NCBI GenBank assembly: GCA_040954595.2
Contig: CM082585.2
Coordinates: 1,640,802-1,704,801 of the forward strand
Direction of reading: 5' to 3'
DNA: 64,000 nt
DNA from: Balanoglossus misakiensis
Taxonomy: Eukaryota; Animalia; Hemichordata
This document shows positions 1 through 12,256 of this stretch, in pieces. The notes beneath the pieces are model-generated. The model worked only from the letters and a program-made list of their open reading frames with translations. It ran no database searches and was not told where the DNA came from. Positions within the stretch are counted from its first letter, which is position 1. Each line of letters starts with the position of its first letter. The translations under genes and the position numbers were made by a program.

Positions 1-439
1 TTCATTCATGTACGTCAAATGTCACACTTAGGAGGAAAGAAGCAATGACTAACTGAGGTGGCCAGTCTCTGTTGAAAGTCAACATGTAAATTTCCATTGT
101 TCTGTCTATAGAAAAAAATCAATATTGTTTTGTTTGATTAAACAAGTGTTTCAAGTGTCCCTGTTTTACTTCAAACTTTTTTGTATCGGCTGGCTATGCA
201 ATTGCTTATTTTATAAAATTTGTATCTCCTCTTTCAATAATGCATGATTTTGTTTATCATTTGAAATGGTAATTGACAATAAGATTCGCCTTTAAAGCAT
301 GCTCTCAAAATTTGTATTAGTGGTCTACAATTTTCTCTACACATGTGAACTTTGCCTGGTTTGACCGAGTAATCTCTGGTTGTACAAACCAGAGTGATTC
401 ATGGGATATTTCACGTACTGTGGGGGGTTCTGAGAAGAG

Positions 440-1130
440 TTTTGACCAAAAATGGCAAAAATCATCCCAAAAATATACTATTCAATTCATCAAGTTGATT
501 TGAAAAACATACATGCAAATCTTACTTGGGCTACCCCTAATATGACTAACAAATTTCAAAGCAATGTAACAACCGGTTTAAAAAAAAAATTCAAAAACGG
601 CCGAAATTGCTCCAAAATTATGAATATGCAAATTTTGCAACATTTTAACAAAAGTATGCTAACTCATATCACCTATATGAAGCTTCATACTAAATTTCAA
701 AGAAGTCGTCTCATCAATTTTAGAAAAGTAGATGTTTTACCAAAAATGAGGAAAAAGGCAAAAAATGCATAAAAATAGAACATTCAAACTATTCAAAATA
801 CAGGACTGTATGTGGTTGACATAAGGTACTTGCATACCAATTGTCAAATCAATCTGACCAGTGGTTTTGACCAATTTCAAATTTTCCCAGCTAATTTGCA
901 TTTATTTAACAATTTCAACTGAATATGGCTGCCAGGTCAAATGACTGATTTGAATTTCAAGGTGCACACTCATTGGCAAGGACAACTGTGACAAATTCAA
1001 GAAGCATAGGTGTGGCAGGTTTTCAGAGCAAGGTGTAAAAAATATCCAGGGAATGGGGCCCAAGCTCCTAAAAACCCAGCACAATACCAATAGGGACTCA
1101 TATTACTAACAAAGTGTAAGCCTGTAATAA
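440..1130. mobile_element. Degenerate Helentron-associated (HINE-like) non-autonomous repeat core
   Basis: Shares the core motifs 'atacaggactgtatg', 'aagcttcatactaaatttcaa' and 'ccagctaatttgcat' with copies near 3.3, 4.5, 5.6, 6.1, 12.8 and 13.3 kb. Boundaries approximate. Confidence 0.55.
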
Positions 1131-1202
1131 GTCAAAAGCTGCACATCTTTTTACCACCTCGTGCCAGTACTAAGCAATAAGACTTTTTATAGAGTTGTTT
1201 AA

Positions 1203-1935
1203 GGTGGCACTGCATGAAACCGTCGAGACTTTTTCAGAGGCCTATTTCTCATCAAAGACAAAGTTTAAACCCCCATAAACCATATATATTCTGGAAGCTG
1301 AGATTTTGAACTTTTGTTTGAGTTGCAAATATTATTGATCCCCGGAAATGGTGGCGATTTTGGGCGAAAAAACCCATTTTTTGATATTATGTCATGAAAT
1401 TTAAAATAGGTAAAAAAGTTGACCATGCATCATGCATCTTAATATGTCATTCGAAACTAAAGTACACGTGCAAAAAAACGCTAATTTTGTTTTGCGTTAT
1501 CTGCTTCCATTGAGGAGTAACAGCGTTTGAAAGTTAGATTTTCTGAAAATTTGATCAAATTCACGGTGAGTTGTATTGAATCAGAGTTTATTCCCGCCAG
1601 GGACACTTTATCGACATACAAAACTAGCGTTTTGTTGGATGGGTCATACACAATTCCCTGTCAAAATTTGAGCAAATTCGGCCAATGCAGGGCGAAGCTA
1701 TTTTAGTCCGAAGTTGTCAAAAGCAGCGAAAATGCAAACCGAGAAAAACGGCCATTTGCATTGTTGACACCTATTTGTTAAGCTGTGAACTCATTCAGAA
1801 AAGTGCTATTTGGGGGTGATTGTGCACCATTTCCGCCAAGACGTATTAGTCAGGATGTGGGTGAGTATTAGGCCTACCGATTTATGTAAAAAAGTAAAAT
1901 TTGGCAAAAATCACAACTTTTCATGCAATGCCACC
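1203..1935. mobile_element. Kolobok-like MITE (733 bp) with TTAA TSD
   Basis: TTAA (1199-1202) + TIR ggtggcactgcatgaaa ... tttcatgcaatgccacc + TTAA (1936-1939). RR termini with a TTAA TSD fit Kolobok. Confidence 0.85.
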
Positions 1936-2389
1936 TTAATTGTCTCTGCTGATGCCAGAGATTGAAAAAGAATCCTACAAGTTAGGATTTTCAGAAACAA
2001 TGATAGCTATTTCTATTACTGTTTGTAAACAAAAATGTGATGTTCACCGCCTTGTTTTCAGAAAAGTATTTACATAAATGTTTTTCCATAGAGTTAACAC
2101 AGACATTGGCAGCCATCTTGAATTTCAAAAACTGCAACAATATCTCCAATGCAACAAATCTGCAAATTGTACTATTTGACACCTGACTTAGGTCAAGGGG
2201 TTTCAGAGATGATGACTACTCTTCAGACTCAGACAAAATAATAATGCAATATTCAGCGGAATTTCAAAAGCATTGACTAAGATCACCAAGGGACAATTCA
2301 TACCAAAGATCAAAACAATTAGACGTACCTATTTTAAAGATCATTATGAAAACTTTACAGATTCGGTTATAATGTAAATAAAAGTAGAT

Positions 2390-2850
2390 CACCCCTGTGG
2401 ACATGGCAATCAGACATGCATATTCTGACAAGATTTTTTGTTTGTACAAAAAGGCAACTGTCTCCAAAATACAAAATTACAGATTATGTCACATACCTCA
2501 GGGAGATCAATACTAAATTTCAGAGAAAATTTCCCCCCAAATATGCAAATTTCACCATATTTTGAAGAAACAACTTGTGTCATACCTAGAAACCTGCATA
2601 GTCAAAGTAATCTACGAGCTTAGCTTTTTTCTTCCAAAAACAGCAAAAAACTTGTTCCAAACTACAAATATGCAGAATTCAACACAATTTGAACACACAT
2701 TACTTCGCCACCCCAAGAAACCTGCACACCAATTTTAAAAGCACTTGCGCCAGTGATTTCAGAAAAGAAAAATGTTGACAGACATAGGATGACTGAACAT
2801 CTATCTACCTGTCAGATAACTTTTGCAGTGCTGAGAGCAGAGCTAGAGAT
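2390..2850. mobile_element. Degenerate HINE-like repeat fragment
   Basis: Core repeats (aaatatgcaaatttcac, aaacctgca) end in gacagaca and a decayed hairpin. Boundaries approximate. Confidence 0.4.
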
Positions 2851-3169
2851 TGGTGTTGTCTTTTTACATTTTAAATCATCACACTTTGCTACTCAAAGCT
2901 ACTATTCTGCTATGCTTGAGAAATGACTTGGGACCATTTTTGGCAAACAATAGTCACTAATCTTCCTCAGTTTATAGTACAATGTACCTACACTGTTTTA
3001 GTAATGTACTGAAAATGTTCAGACTATTTCTTGTGTCTGCATATGTCTTTAGTACAGAAGAATAATCTATCCGGTTGTCATTTCTCTGTTTATTCAGAAA
3101 TAAACTAGTCTGGGTTGCAACAGTAAAAATTTTAAAATATTCATACCCTTTCTGAAGGATGTTCAAAAC

Positions 3170-3902
3170 CAATACCTATGTGAAGCATTATATCAAATTT
3201 GCTGGGTAACTGTGGATTTATAACTTTTGCTAATTACAGTGCTAACTCACACTGGATGATTCGACGGTAATTTTAGATTCATATGAAGATTTTTTACCAA
3301 TAATGTTGAAAAATACAAACAAATGCATCAAAAATAGAAAATCAAAATTAGCTCAAAACATACAGGACTGTATGAGGTAGGCATAAGGTACTTGCATACC
3401 AATTTCCAAATCAATCTGACCAGCAGTTGTTGAATTTTGCGAGTTTTGACCAATTTCACATTTTCCAGCTAATTTGCATATATTTGGTAATGACATTTTC
3501 ATGTTAACAAACTCCAATCTACAGCCCAGCCTGCATCTGCACACCAAATATCGAGGTGATATGCACAACGGTTTTCAAGTTTTAGATGTGGACGGACATA
3601 CAGACATACATCCATACAAACAGACAGACATACTGTAAAACACTTTATTTTCGCGAGCAATTAATTTTCGCCAAATACGCGAGAGCCAAAATAACGTGAA
3701 AATAAAAAGTCGCGTAAATTGTTTTTGAAGATAACGATGCAGTGAATGAAATAAGAGAACGCGAAAATTAATACTCGCGAAACAGTGGCCTCTCTCGATA
3801 TCGCGAAAAATTTAACTCGCGAAAATACAGTACATCCATACATAAATACAGACACAACTGATTCCATAAGGCCCATGGTACATACCATATGGGACCTAAA
3901 AA
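3170..3902. mobile_element. HINE-like element with microsatellite and terminal hairpin
   Basis: Core repeat, then (gaca/cata)n microsatellite, then hairpin ggcccatggta...atatgggacc, then aaaaa. Interrupted by the MITE at 3633-3830. Confidence 0.65.
3633..3830. mobile_element. Small TA-flanked MITE (Tc1/mariner-like ends) nested in a HINE microsatellite
   Basis: TA|CTGTA ... TACAG|TA termini, with internal inverted ttttcgcgag / ctcgcgaaaa motifs. The microsatellite resumes on both sides. Confidence 0.75.
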
Positions 3903-4129
3903 CTGCAGAAGCTACACAAAACATTAATACTGAAAACATGGCAAACAGTTGTTGCTAACGGGGTTTTAAATCTCCCTTATAGATATTTTTGAACTCCCAA
4001 TTTATGATTATTGACTGTTTGATTGATTAGTTGTTGCACAAATGATAGTATTATCAAAGTAAATAATATCTGTGAGAAATTTCTTTTCATATTTATTTGA
4101 ATATGGATAGGGTAAGATGGGGGTTAAAC

Positions 4130-6425
4130 AAAACTACATTTGTTCAAAAGTGGCAAAAACACAAATATGCAAAAATCACTATAATTGTACACCATCTTAC
4201 TTAAATCACTACAAGGAACATTCCTGTCAAAGTTCAAAGCAATCTGACAAGCGCTTTCAGACACAGCGAATTTGATAACCATCTACAAATATATTTTTAT
4301 TTTTTAAACAATTCTTTTACAACACCTTACTTGGGTTACCCCCCTAGGAATCTGCATTCTGAGCAAAAATTACAAAATTGCTCAAAATTATAAATATACC
4401 AATTTCACAACAATTTGCAATTTGGACAAAAACTATGGCTTTCAGAAAGGAAGATTTTTCTTTACCAATAATGCAGTAAAAGACAAAACAATAAAAATAG
4501 AAAATTCATAATATTAGCTCAAAACAAAACATACAGGACTGTATGGCATTTATTGACATTTATAAGAATATGGACAGGGTATGATAGGGGGGGGGAATTA
4601 TAAATTCCAAGGGGGTCATCAATTTTTTGTCATAGCTTTTTGGGGCCATAGAAAAAATAACCTAAAAAGTAGGAAATCCTACGTCCCCCTAAGCTTTCAT
4701 TCTGGCCAACAACTTTTTATGAAGGCTTCTGCAGTTGTTAAAAACAGATTGCCTGCTATGTTAGACTATCAATCTATAGAGGGGATGAAAAATGTCCTTT
4801 TGTCAAGTGTCTGGATTTTGATAACTTCAACAGGTAAAAATATATTTGTAGATGTTTATCAAATTCGCTATGTCTGAAACAGTATGCTTGCAAATGTATT
4901 AATATAGTCAGATAATATGAATAGTGAAGATAGCAAAACAAACAGGTTTATGCTTATAGCCATAACTTCTATTAGTGATGTACATGTTGTACTTAGCAAA
5001 TAATTGTTATGATCAACTTGGTTTTTATTGCACAAGATCTTTTTATTGCATCCATGTTTCGTTTCATTCTGGATAATAGTCTGTCTAAATAAGTTAACAG
5101 GCTTGATGAGGGTTATTTTAAACAGCGTTCTCAAAAAACCTGCAATGTCATGCCCTATATTTATAAAGTTGAGGAGAGGTTGTATTCCTAGCAGGATGTT
5201 GAAATCATTGGAGGACAAACCCTGCCAGTACCAAAAGTTGCTGGGTGTTATAAATGTTTGAGTAACCCCCCCCCCCCCCCTTCCCCAATAACACAATATA
5301 TACTAAAACATTTTTACAACATCTTACTCAGTTTACCCTTAGGAATATGCCTACCAAATCAATCTGGCATGCAGTTTTAAAGAAAAAAAAAATGACCAAA
5401 AGTGGCAAAAATTGCTCAAAATTAAAATATGCAAATTTTTCAACAATTTGAACAAAACTTTGGTTACTCAGACAACCATTAGAAGCTTCATACTAAACTT
5501 CAAAGAATGAGGCCTATAACTTTAAGAAATGATGATTTCTTTACCAATAATGTGGAATAATACAAAAAATGCATAAAAGATTTTTGGCATAAAAAATTAA
5601 AAATCGATAATATTAGCTCAAAACATACAGGACTGTTTGAGGTAGACATAAGGTACATGCATACTGATTTTCAAATGAATGTGACCAGTGGTTGTTGAGT
5701 TTGAGTTTTGACCAATTTCACATTTTCCTAGCTAATTTGCATATTTTTGGCAATGACAGCTTCATTTGAACAAACTCCAATCTTCAGCCTGGCCTGCATC
5801 TACACACCAAATATCGAGGTCATATGCCCAGCGGTTTTCAAGTTTGTGATGTGGACGGACATACAGACATACATACATACATCCACCGATATCATAAGGT
5901 CCCATGGTAAAGCAAATGGGACCTTACAAAACTATGATAACTCAGATCACCTATGAAGCTTCATACTAAATTTCAAATAAGTCAGCTGATCAATTCCAGA
6001 AAAGCAGATTTTCTACCGATAATGTGGAAAGAGACAAAAAATACATAAAAAATCGAAAATTCACATTAGCTCACGACATATAGAACTGTGTGAGGTTAAC
6101 ATAACTTACAGGAATACCAATTTTCAATTTTGAAAGCAATTTGCTCAGTAGTTGTCGAGTTCCCGAGTTTGGACGAATTTGACACTTTCCCAGCTAATTT
6201 GCATATTTTGGCAATGACAACTTCATTTTGACAACTCCCACTTAATGCCCTGCCTGCATCTCCACACTAAATATCAAGGTCACATGCCAGTGGTTTCCAA
6301 GTGTTTGATATTGATAGACATACAGACAAACATCCATACAGACATCCATATATACAGGTGCAACTGATCCCATAAGGTCCCATGGTATAAATACATATAC
6401 CTGCACCAAATGGGACCTAATAATT
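4130..6425. mobile_element. Array of HINE-like elements within duplication copy 1
   Basis: Two termini with microsatellite plus aggtcccat...atgggacct hairpin, at about 5850-5930 and 6310-6420. Confidence 0.65.
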
Positions 6426-6467
6426 CTGATAAAATGCCTACATAGTAAGTTTAAAAACCAATTGTAC

Positions 6468-6583
6468 CTTCAACGTCCTTGGACAACAATGGCTAATATT
6501 ACTTGCCAAGGGCGACTAGAATTTTGGGGGCCTGATGCAATTCTGATACATGTACTTCATGATTTAGAGATATTGTGAAAATC
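6468..6583 (-). other. Possible exon of the minus-strand spliced transcript (copy 1)
   Basis: Minus strand ttgacag|GATTTT ... GTTGAAG|gtacaa. Paralogue at 13731-13870. All three frames hit stops. Confidence 0.25.
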
Positions 6584-7116
6584 CTGTCAACCGAATTACA
6601 GGGAAATCAGATTTTCCATGTAAAATCATATCACCCAAAAATGTCAAGTGTCGAAAATAATTTTGAAACAAAAGTCTACTCAAAATCATACCAAAATTTA
6701 AATTTTAAAGCAGTACGTTAGGCAAGCAATTTGAGAATGAAGAAACTTACAAAAAAATTATAAATTGAAAATAACTTACAAATGCCGTACACAAACTTAC
6801 AATCACTACCATATTACTGTACAAGTTAAAAGGACATTGTACCAGCAGAGACATTGCGATCGAGCAATCCCCAAGATATACATGACATGGTCTAATTACA
6901 AATATTGAATATGTAAAATAGGTACACAACACTTCCATTCTTTCAGTACAGTCAGCTGCTTGTTAACAATAGGCATGTAGCTATTTCATCAAATTTACAG
7001 CCCAAGTCATGCCTATACAATTCTCCCTTAAGCTACCCTAAGTGAGTGATGAAAATCTCATATGGTCGACAATTGATGGCCGATTTTTGCCATGTTAAAG
7101 AAATGGGAGTTCATAA

Positions 7117-7905
7117 GGCTGCATTCACAAACACCTCTGGAGAGGGGGGGGGGGGGGGGCAGGAGAATTGAGCGGGGGGGGGATTTGAAAAAATTGAAGG
7201 TATGTAAGGGGGGATTTGAAATAATTTAGGGACTGAAAGGGGGGACTTGAAAACTTTGACGACTAAATATTTATTTTGAGTCCACAAAAATGCAGTTTCG
7301 CGCCCTTTATTTTACACCCCCTCCCACACCCACCCCCCTCCATTCATCAACACCTTTCAATCATTAACTGGTTTATCTAGTGTCCCATGTCAGGGGACTT
7401 GCCCCCACCCCATGATAACTTTGAGCGGCGACGGTTAAATTTATCCTCCCCAACATACTGGTAGTTGAGTTAATTTGCTTTTGCCGGGTTCATAAAAATG
7501 CAGCTTTGAGCTCTGTATTTTATAAAATTTTCTTACGTGGGAGGGGGACACCCCTTCCCACACCCACCCCCTTCAATTCCCGGTTTACAATGTCTCCCAA
7601 CACAGAATACAAATACTTAAAAAATAAAAACCATGTTCAGTTTTAATACCCACTGATGAGGGGAAACATCAGTTTCAAAGTCTTTTCATGGGAGCGCTGT
7701 TTTTCTATTTTACAAGATAGATAAGTGATGTGTTTTGCTCTGTGAAAGAAAATGGGGGGGGGGGATTTTAAAATTTTGGCAGTTCAGAAGGGGGTGGGGG
7801 ATTTGAAAATATTTCGGGTTGTGTACAGGGGGGGGCATGTGAAAATTAGCAGTAAAAAAATTGAATTCTCCCCCCCCCCATCCAGAGGTGTTTGTGAATG
7901 GAGCC
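7117..7905. mobile_element. PIF/Harbinger-like MITE (789 bp) with TAA TSD
   Basis: TAA + ggctgcattcacaaacacctctgga ... tccagaggtgtttgtgaatggagcc + TAA. Empty site 'ttcataagctaaa' in the paralogous copy at about 14411. Confidence 0.92.
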
Positions 7906-8336
7906 TAAGCTAAAGCTAAAGTGATAATGGGTCATAACAGACAAAATAACAAAATGTGAAAAACATTTAATGAGTTTAATATGCTAACTACGGAGACAGA
8001 CATGTTTGACCAAAGCATGAAATACACAAAATGTATCATTTCTTCCACCTCTTACTACAGTGGGTTGTAGACTTTTCGCCCAGAATGCAATGTGATTTGA
8101 CCCCCTAGCGCAAAGTGAAAACCTATTTAAGGCAGCCAGAATTTTCTGCATAGTATGACGGAAACATTTGTAAAGTCATGGCTAGCGTGGGCTGGTAAGT
8201 TTATATGGGGCTCTCCATGATAACCAGTTGTGGCTTACCACCACCATAATTTTGAAAGGGCGACTTCACTATTTGATGGGAAAAGGTAGCCTTTACAAAC
8301 AAGCTATGGAGCATGTATACAGCAAGTTGTGCTTAC

Positions 8337-8409
8337 CGGAAAGCGGTCTTGGATCAGGCCTAGGTATTCTCTTCCTCCTCCGGCATACGTTGAAATGCTG
8401 TGTTTAAGA
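8337..8409 (-). ncRNA. Putative 73-nt exon 'A' (copy 1) of a spliced structured RNA
   Basis: Minus strand: branch-like ttactaat, acceptor tttgattcacag|, donor CCG|gtaagc. One substitution relative to 15071-15143. Confidence 0.55.
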
Positions 8410-9586
8410 CTGTGAATCAAATATATGCTTATCAATTAGTAACCAATCAACCTTGCTTTAGAATTATTTGGGCCATACTAATTAGTGAAAATATGCAAAA
8501 CATGGTATAATATAGGGTCAGACTGTGCTGCGATAATGTACGTGGAATACGAATCAGAGAAATCTGTAACAGCGATCTTGAAACTCCATTTACATCAGTA
8601 CTGCAGTAAAGTGGTCCACATGGGTATACCACAAACATGGCAGTTAGGTGACAAGTGAAACTGACATCATATCTGTAAACGACAGGTGTACACACACTTT
8701 GACATCTACGTAACACTGTACAATGATTTCTTAATGTTTGTTGTGAAAATGAAACTTACATTTGATCCACCTCACTTTTCATACAACTGATTAGCGCAAG
8801 AATGTAAATTGTTGGCAATTATAAAACATTTATTTTACTATAGAAAAGTAAGCCTTTACATTTAAACTTTGAATATCAGTATACTAAAATGTTTCAAACG
8901 TGGCTGTCAGTATATCTCATGGCATGGTGGCAGAAGTACATGTTGTTACCAGGGAAGACACATTGAACATAGACAAGCGCACTAGTCGCTTGGTGATTTT
9001 TCATCTAGATTCTCAAAACTTTCTGTGCATTTGGTAGCTTTGAGCAAGTTTCTGGTACTGAGCTGAGTTTCGAATTTGGAACTGGGCTGCTTTGGCTTTG
9101 ATTACCATGGGCCAATATGATCTTATGCACACATTTTTGAAAAAAACTCCAGCCTGTTTGTGTCGTGATCTATATTTTTCTTTGTGGCCTAAGGTATTGT
9201 TTTATTTCACTATAAACAACATTACTTTCCTTCATGTGTCTATATATAATAATAGATCTCTTAGCCAGTTTGATGAAGCATAGTGTTGGACTAGCACACT
9301 TTCAGCCAAAATTACGGTATCTCCCCGTGTATTGGTATGGGAGTAATTTCTAGCTATATGGTTAAGGAAATGCATCCAAATTTAATTTATGCTTCACATG
9401 AAGATTTGAACTTGACCATTTAATTCATGTCATCACGATCATATCACAGGCAATCGAGGCTAGAATTCGAAGGAAAAAAGTATTGATAACTGGAAGGTGT
9501 AAATTAGTTCGTAGACATACATTGTTTCCTATTGTTTCGGTTGTGCCACGCCCGATAAAAGCAAATATACAGCAAGTCATGCTTAC

Positions 9587-9661
9587 CATTGAGCGGTCTT
9601 AAACTCGCCCCAGACGAGGAAGAGAATCCCGAGTTGAAATGCAGACAATTTCAGGCAGCAT
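9587..9661 (-). ncRNA. Putative 75-nt exon 'B' (copy 1) of a spliced structured RNA
   Basis: Minus strand: TACTAAC branch point, acceptor tttgattcacag|, donor ATG|gtaagc. Four substitutions relative to 16071-16145. Confidence 0.55.
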
Positions 9662-9759
9662 CTGTGAATCAAATAGATATAGAAGTTAGTAACCAGTCAT
9701 AGTAGCTCTAAGTTGGGTGTAAAAGTCTAAGTTGGGTGTACTAACTCTCCTTGTTAACA

Positions 9760-11105
9760 GTAACTTTCAAAGAAACTGAGCAATTGGTTAAAAAGATTTG
9801 CTATCCAAAAACAAAGAAATTTACAACAAACTACCTAAATATTGACAACCAGAATTTAATCAAAGTTGCACATACATGTACATGTGTTATGAAATTGTTA
9901 ACTAACTTCCAAAGCAATCAGGAACCAGATATTAACTGAATATGCTCACGTGCAGTACTGTGATTGGTTGACAGAATAACAAGATTAGAAAAACCAGTTT
10001 TAAACCATTTTGGTTTATAGTGTATATGGTGTAAGGGTTGTGTGTTGCACCATTGTGAAATGTAAACATGTTTGTGGAATTGTTGCCTTGTCAATTTTTG
10101 TAAGGGGTTATGAGTCATGTACCCCATCCTGAACTGCATAAAAATAATAAGTCTATGGAATTCTAAAACTCTTTGATCAAAAATGGCAAGAAATATACCA
10201 AAAAGTATGAATATTTCACCAGATTTCAACAAATCTGATTTCTGTTCATGCCTAAGAACCTCTTTAACAAGTTTCAATAAGGAAGACATTTTGGCAAACA
10301 ACAGGAAATTCAGACAAATCTGACTGATATCACATATATGAATTCCCATTCAAAGTTTCCAACCAATTGGACTTGTGGTATTACCGAAGACTATTTGGCC
10401 AAACCCTGCAGAAATTCCCAAAAAATACAATTATGCAAATTTCATTACAATTTGATCATATCTGACTGAGATCACCCCTAGAAACCCAAATACAAAGTAT
10501 CAAAACAATTGCACCTACATTTCACAGGATTGGATTTTTTGGCAAAAACAGGAAATATTGCCCAAAAATGCATTTTTGCAAATTTCACCACCGTTTGCAC
10601 AAATGTGATTCAGGTAAGCCCTATGAACCTCCATACCAAGTTTCCAATCAATTGGACATGTAATTTCAGAGAAATTTTTTTTTAACAAAACTGCAGAAAA
10701 TTCCCCAAAAAATTCATAAAAAATAGGAAACGCCAGATACTGACTCCACCTGAACAAAATCATACTAGGTCTTCCCAAAGTACTTGCACACCAATGCACG
10801 CCAATTTTTAACTTAATCTGATCCGCTGTTATTAAGTTTTTCAATTTTGACTATTTGAACATTTTTCCAGTTAATACCAGTATGCATTTTTTCGCAATAA
10901 CAATTTCTATGTACACACTAAATATCAGTAGTTTCAAGTTTTTGATGTTGATGGACATACACATACATACATCAATACATTAAGACGAAACTAATCCATT
11001 CACAAAATACATAATTCTGTATGAGGCACACATACAGACATACATAGCCGACGGACACCAACTTATGCTATAAGCTGACATTTATATACATGTTAGCCAA
11101 AAACC
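9760..11105. mobile_element. Degenerate HINE-like element(s) with tandem core repeats
   Basis: Repeated 'tgcaaatttca...ccaagtttccaa.caattggac' units end in a cataca/gaca microsatellite and the hairpin gctgacat...atgttagc + aaaaa. Confidence 0.5.
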
Positions 11106-11999
11106 AAAATCAACCTCAAAATAGACATTAAAATATATTGCACCACCATGAGAAGACAAATTCATTTTTTGACAAATTTTCTGGGGCGTCATTGATATAG
11201 CATGGCATATTGTCAAAGTACGTAGGCTCTGTGATAAGATTCCATACACACAAAATGGTAACCTTGGAAGTCCAGCTGACGTAGTTATGCAATGGCGTCT
11301 CGTGTATTCCGTCGCCAAAAAATCATCGTAAACTAATTGATAGTCGGGGTCACAATTCAAGACGACTTTCTCTAAATTCTTTATGAATGGATTAAATCGA
11401 AATCGAAATGTTGACGTATGACATACGGAATGAGATCTGAACAGACATTCAATGTTATCATTCTCGCTCGATCACATATTGGGTAGGCCATCTAGCAATC
11501 GCTATATAGTATTGGCGATAACAGACTGTCTATAAACACACAAAACGGATTTTACTGTTGAGTGTGATCAACCGCCATGTTATTTTTCTCTGAACAATAG
11601 ACAAATAGAAAGCCTGGTGACATTTTGAGATTGACTGCGTGAGGACCACAATATGCGTGAATCATTTACGGTTTGTCTTGATGAATGGGTCACGTCATAG
11701 TCATAACGCGGATTCGGCTGCACGCCAACTATCCGCCATATTGTCTCCACTAACTTACTCGTAAGTAGTTTCAAACTTCATTTGAAAAGAGTATTCGTCT
11801 GACGGTCCTGTAGATTAACAATTTACGCTCTATGAAGCAACTAAACAACGTTAGCTTCCTTGTGGATTCACGTAGGGAAGTTATTCGTAACGACGGGTAC
11901 AGCGTCTGAGCATGGACAGAACCACGGCAATATCGCCAGGAATGTCTCATTTCACAGCGCCCTCAAACAGTCGATCTCCTCAAATTATCGTTTCCACTG

Positions 12000-12256
12000 G
12001 TCATATATGCAGCATTAACGAAAGCTCTCATAGACAACCATGTAATAGAAAAATTAAAACTTTAATAACTTCATTAATATCAAAGCCACACCCACCAAAA
12101 CCTTTTCAGTTCTTGCCATATGATATCTGAACCTGTGTACTAAATTTGGTTGAAATCGGTTCAGCGGTTCTTGAGATATCGGGTATACAGACAGACACAC
12201 ACATACACAGACATCGCTAAACTATAAGCTCACGTGATTTTCAGGTGAGCTAAAAA
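12000..12256. mobile_element. Well-preserved HINE/Helentron-like terminus
   Basis: aaatttggttgaaatcggttcagcggttcttgagatatc, then (gaca/caca)n, then hairpin agctcac...gtgagct, then aaaaa. Confidence 0.7.

Larger units (their letters stand above)
4130..9708. repeat. Tandem segmental duplication, copy 1
   Basis: Collinear with 12320-16192, from 'catttgttcaaaagtggcaaaaacacaaatatgc' to 'gttagtaaccagtcatag.agctct'. Each copy has private insertions. Confidence 0.9.

Noticed and set aside
452-772. Lys/Asn-rich ORFs in the HINE cores and foldback arms
   Set aside because: Chance frames in AT-rich repeats; not preserved between repeat copies.
7044-7116. C-box-like gtgatga (also at 14343)
   Set aside because: No D box or terminal stem at a suitable distance, and it is on the strand opposite the putative host.
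8333-8345. ttaccggaaagc resembles the 3' end of vertebrate U7 snRNA
   Set aside because: No U7 Sm site (AATTTGTCTAG) or matching 5' stem arm.
9587-9661. HDV-like or hammerhead ribozyme (ttcctcgt; ctgat...gaaa)
   Set aside because: I could not build P1/P2/P3 with correct loop sizes, and there is no CUGANGA core.
11082-11360. 92-aa ORF (MNCDPDYQLVYDDF...)
   Set aside because: Non-ATG start, no recognisable domain or splice support.
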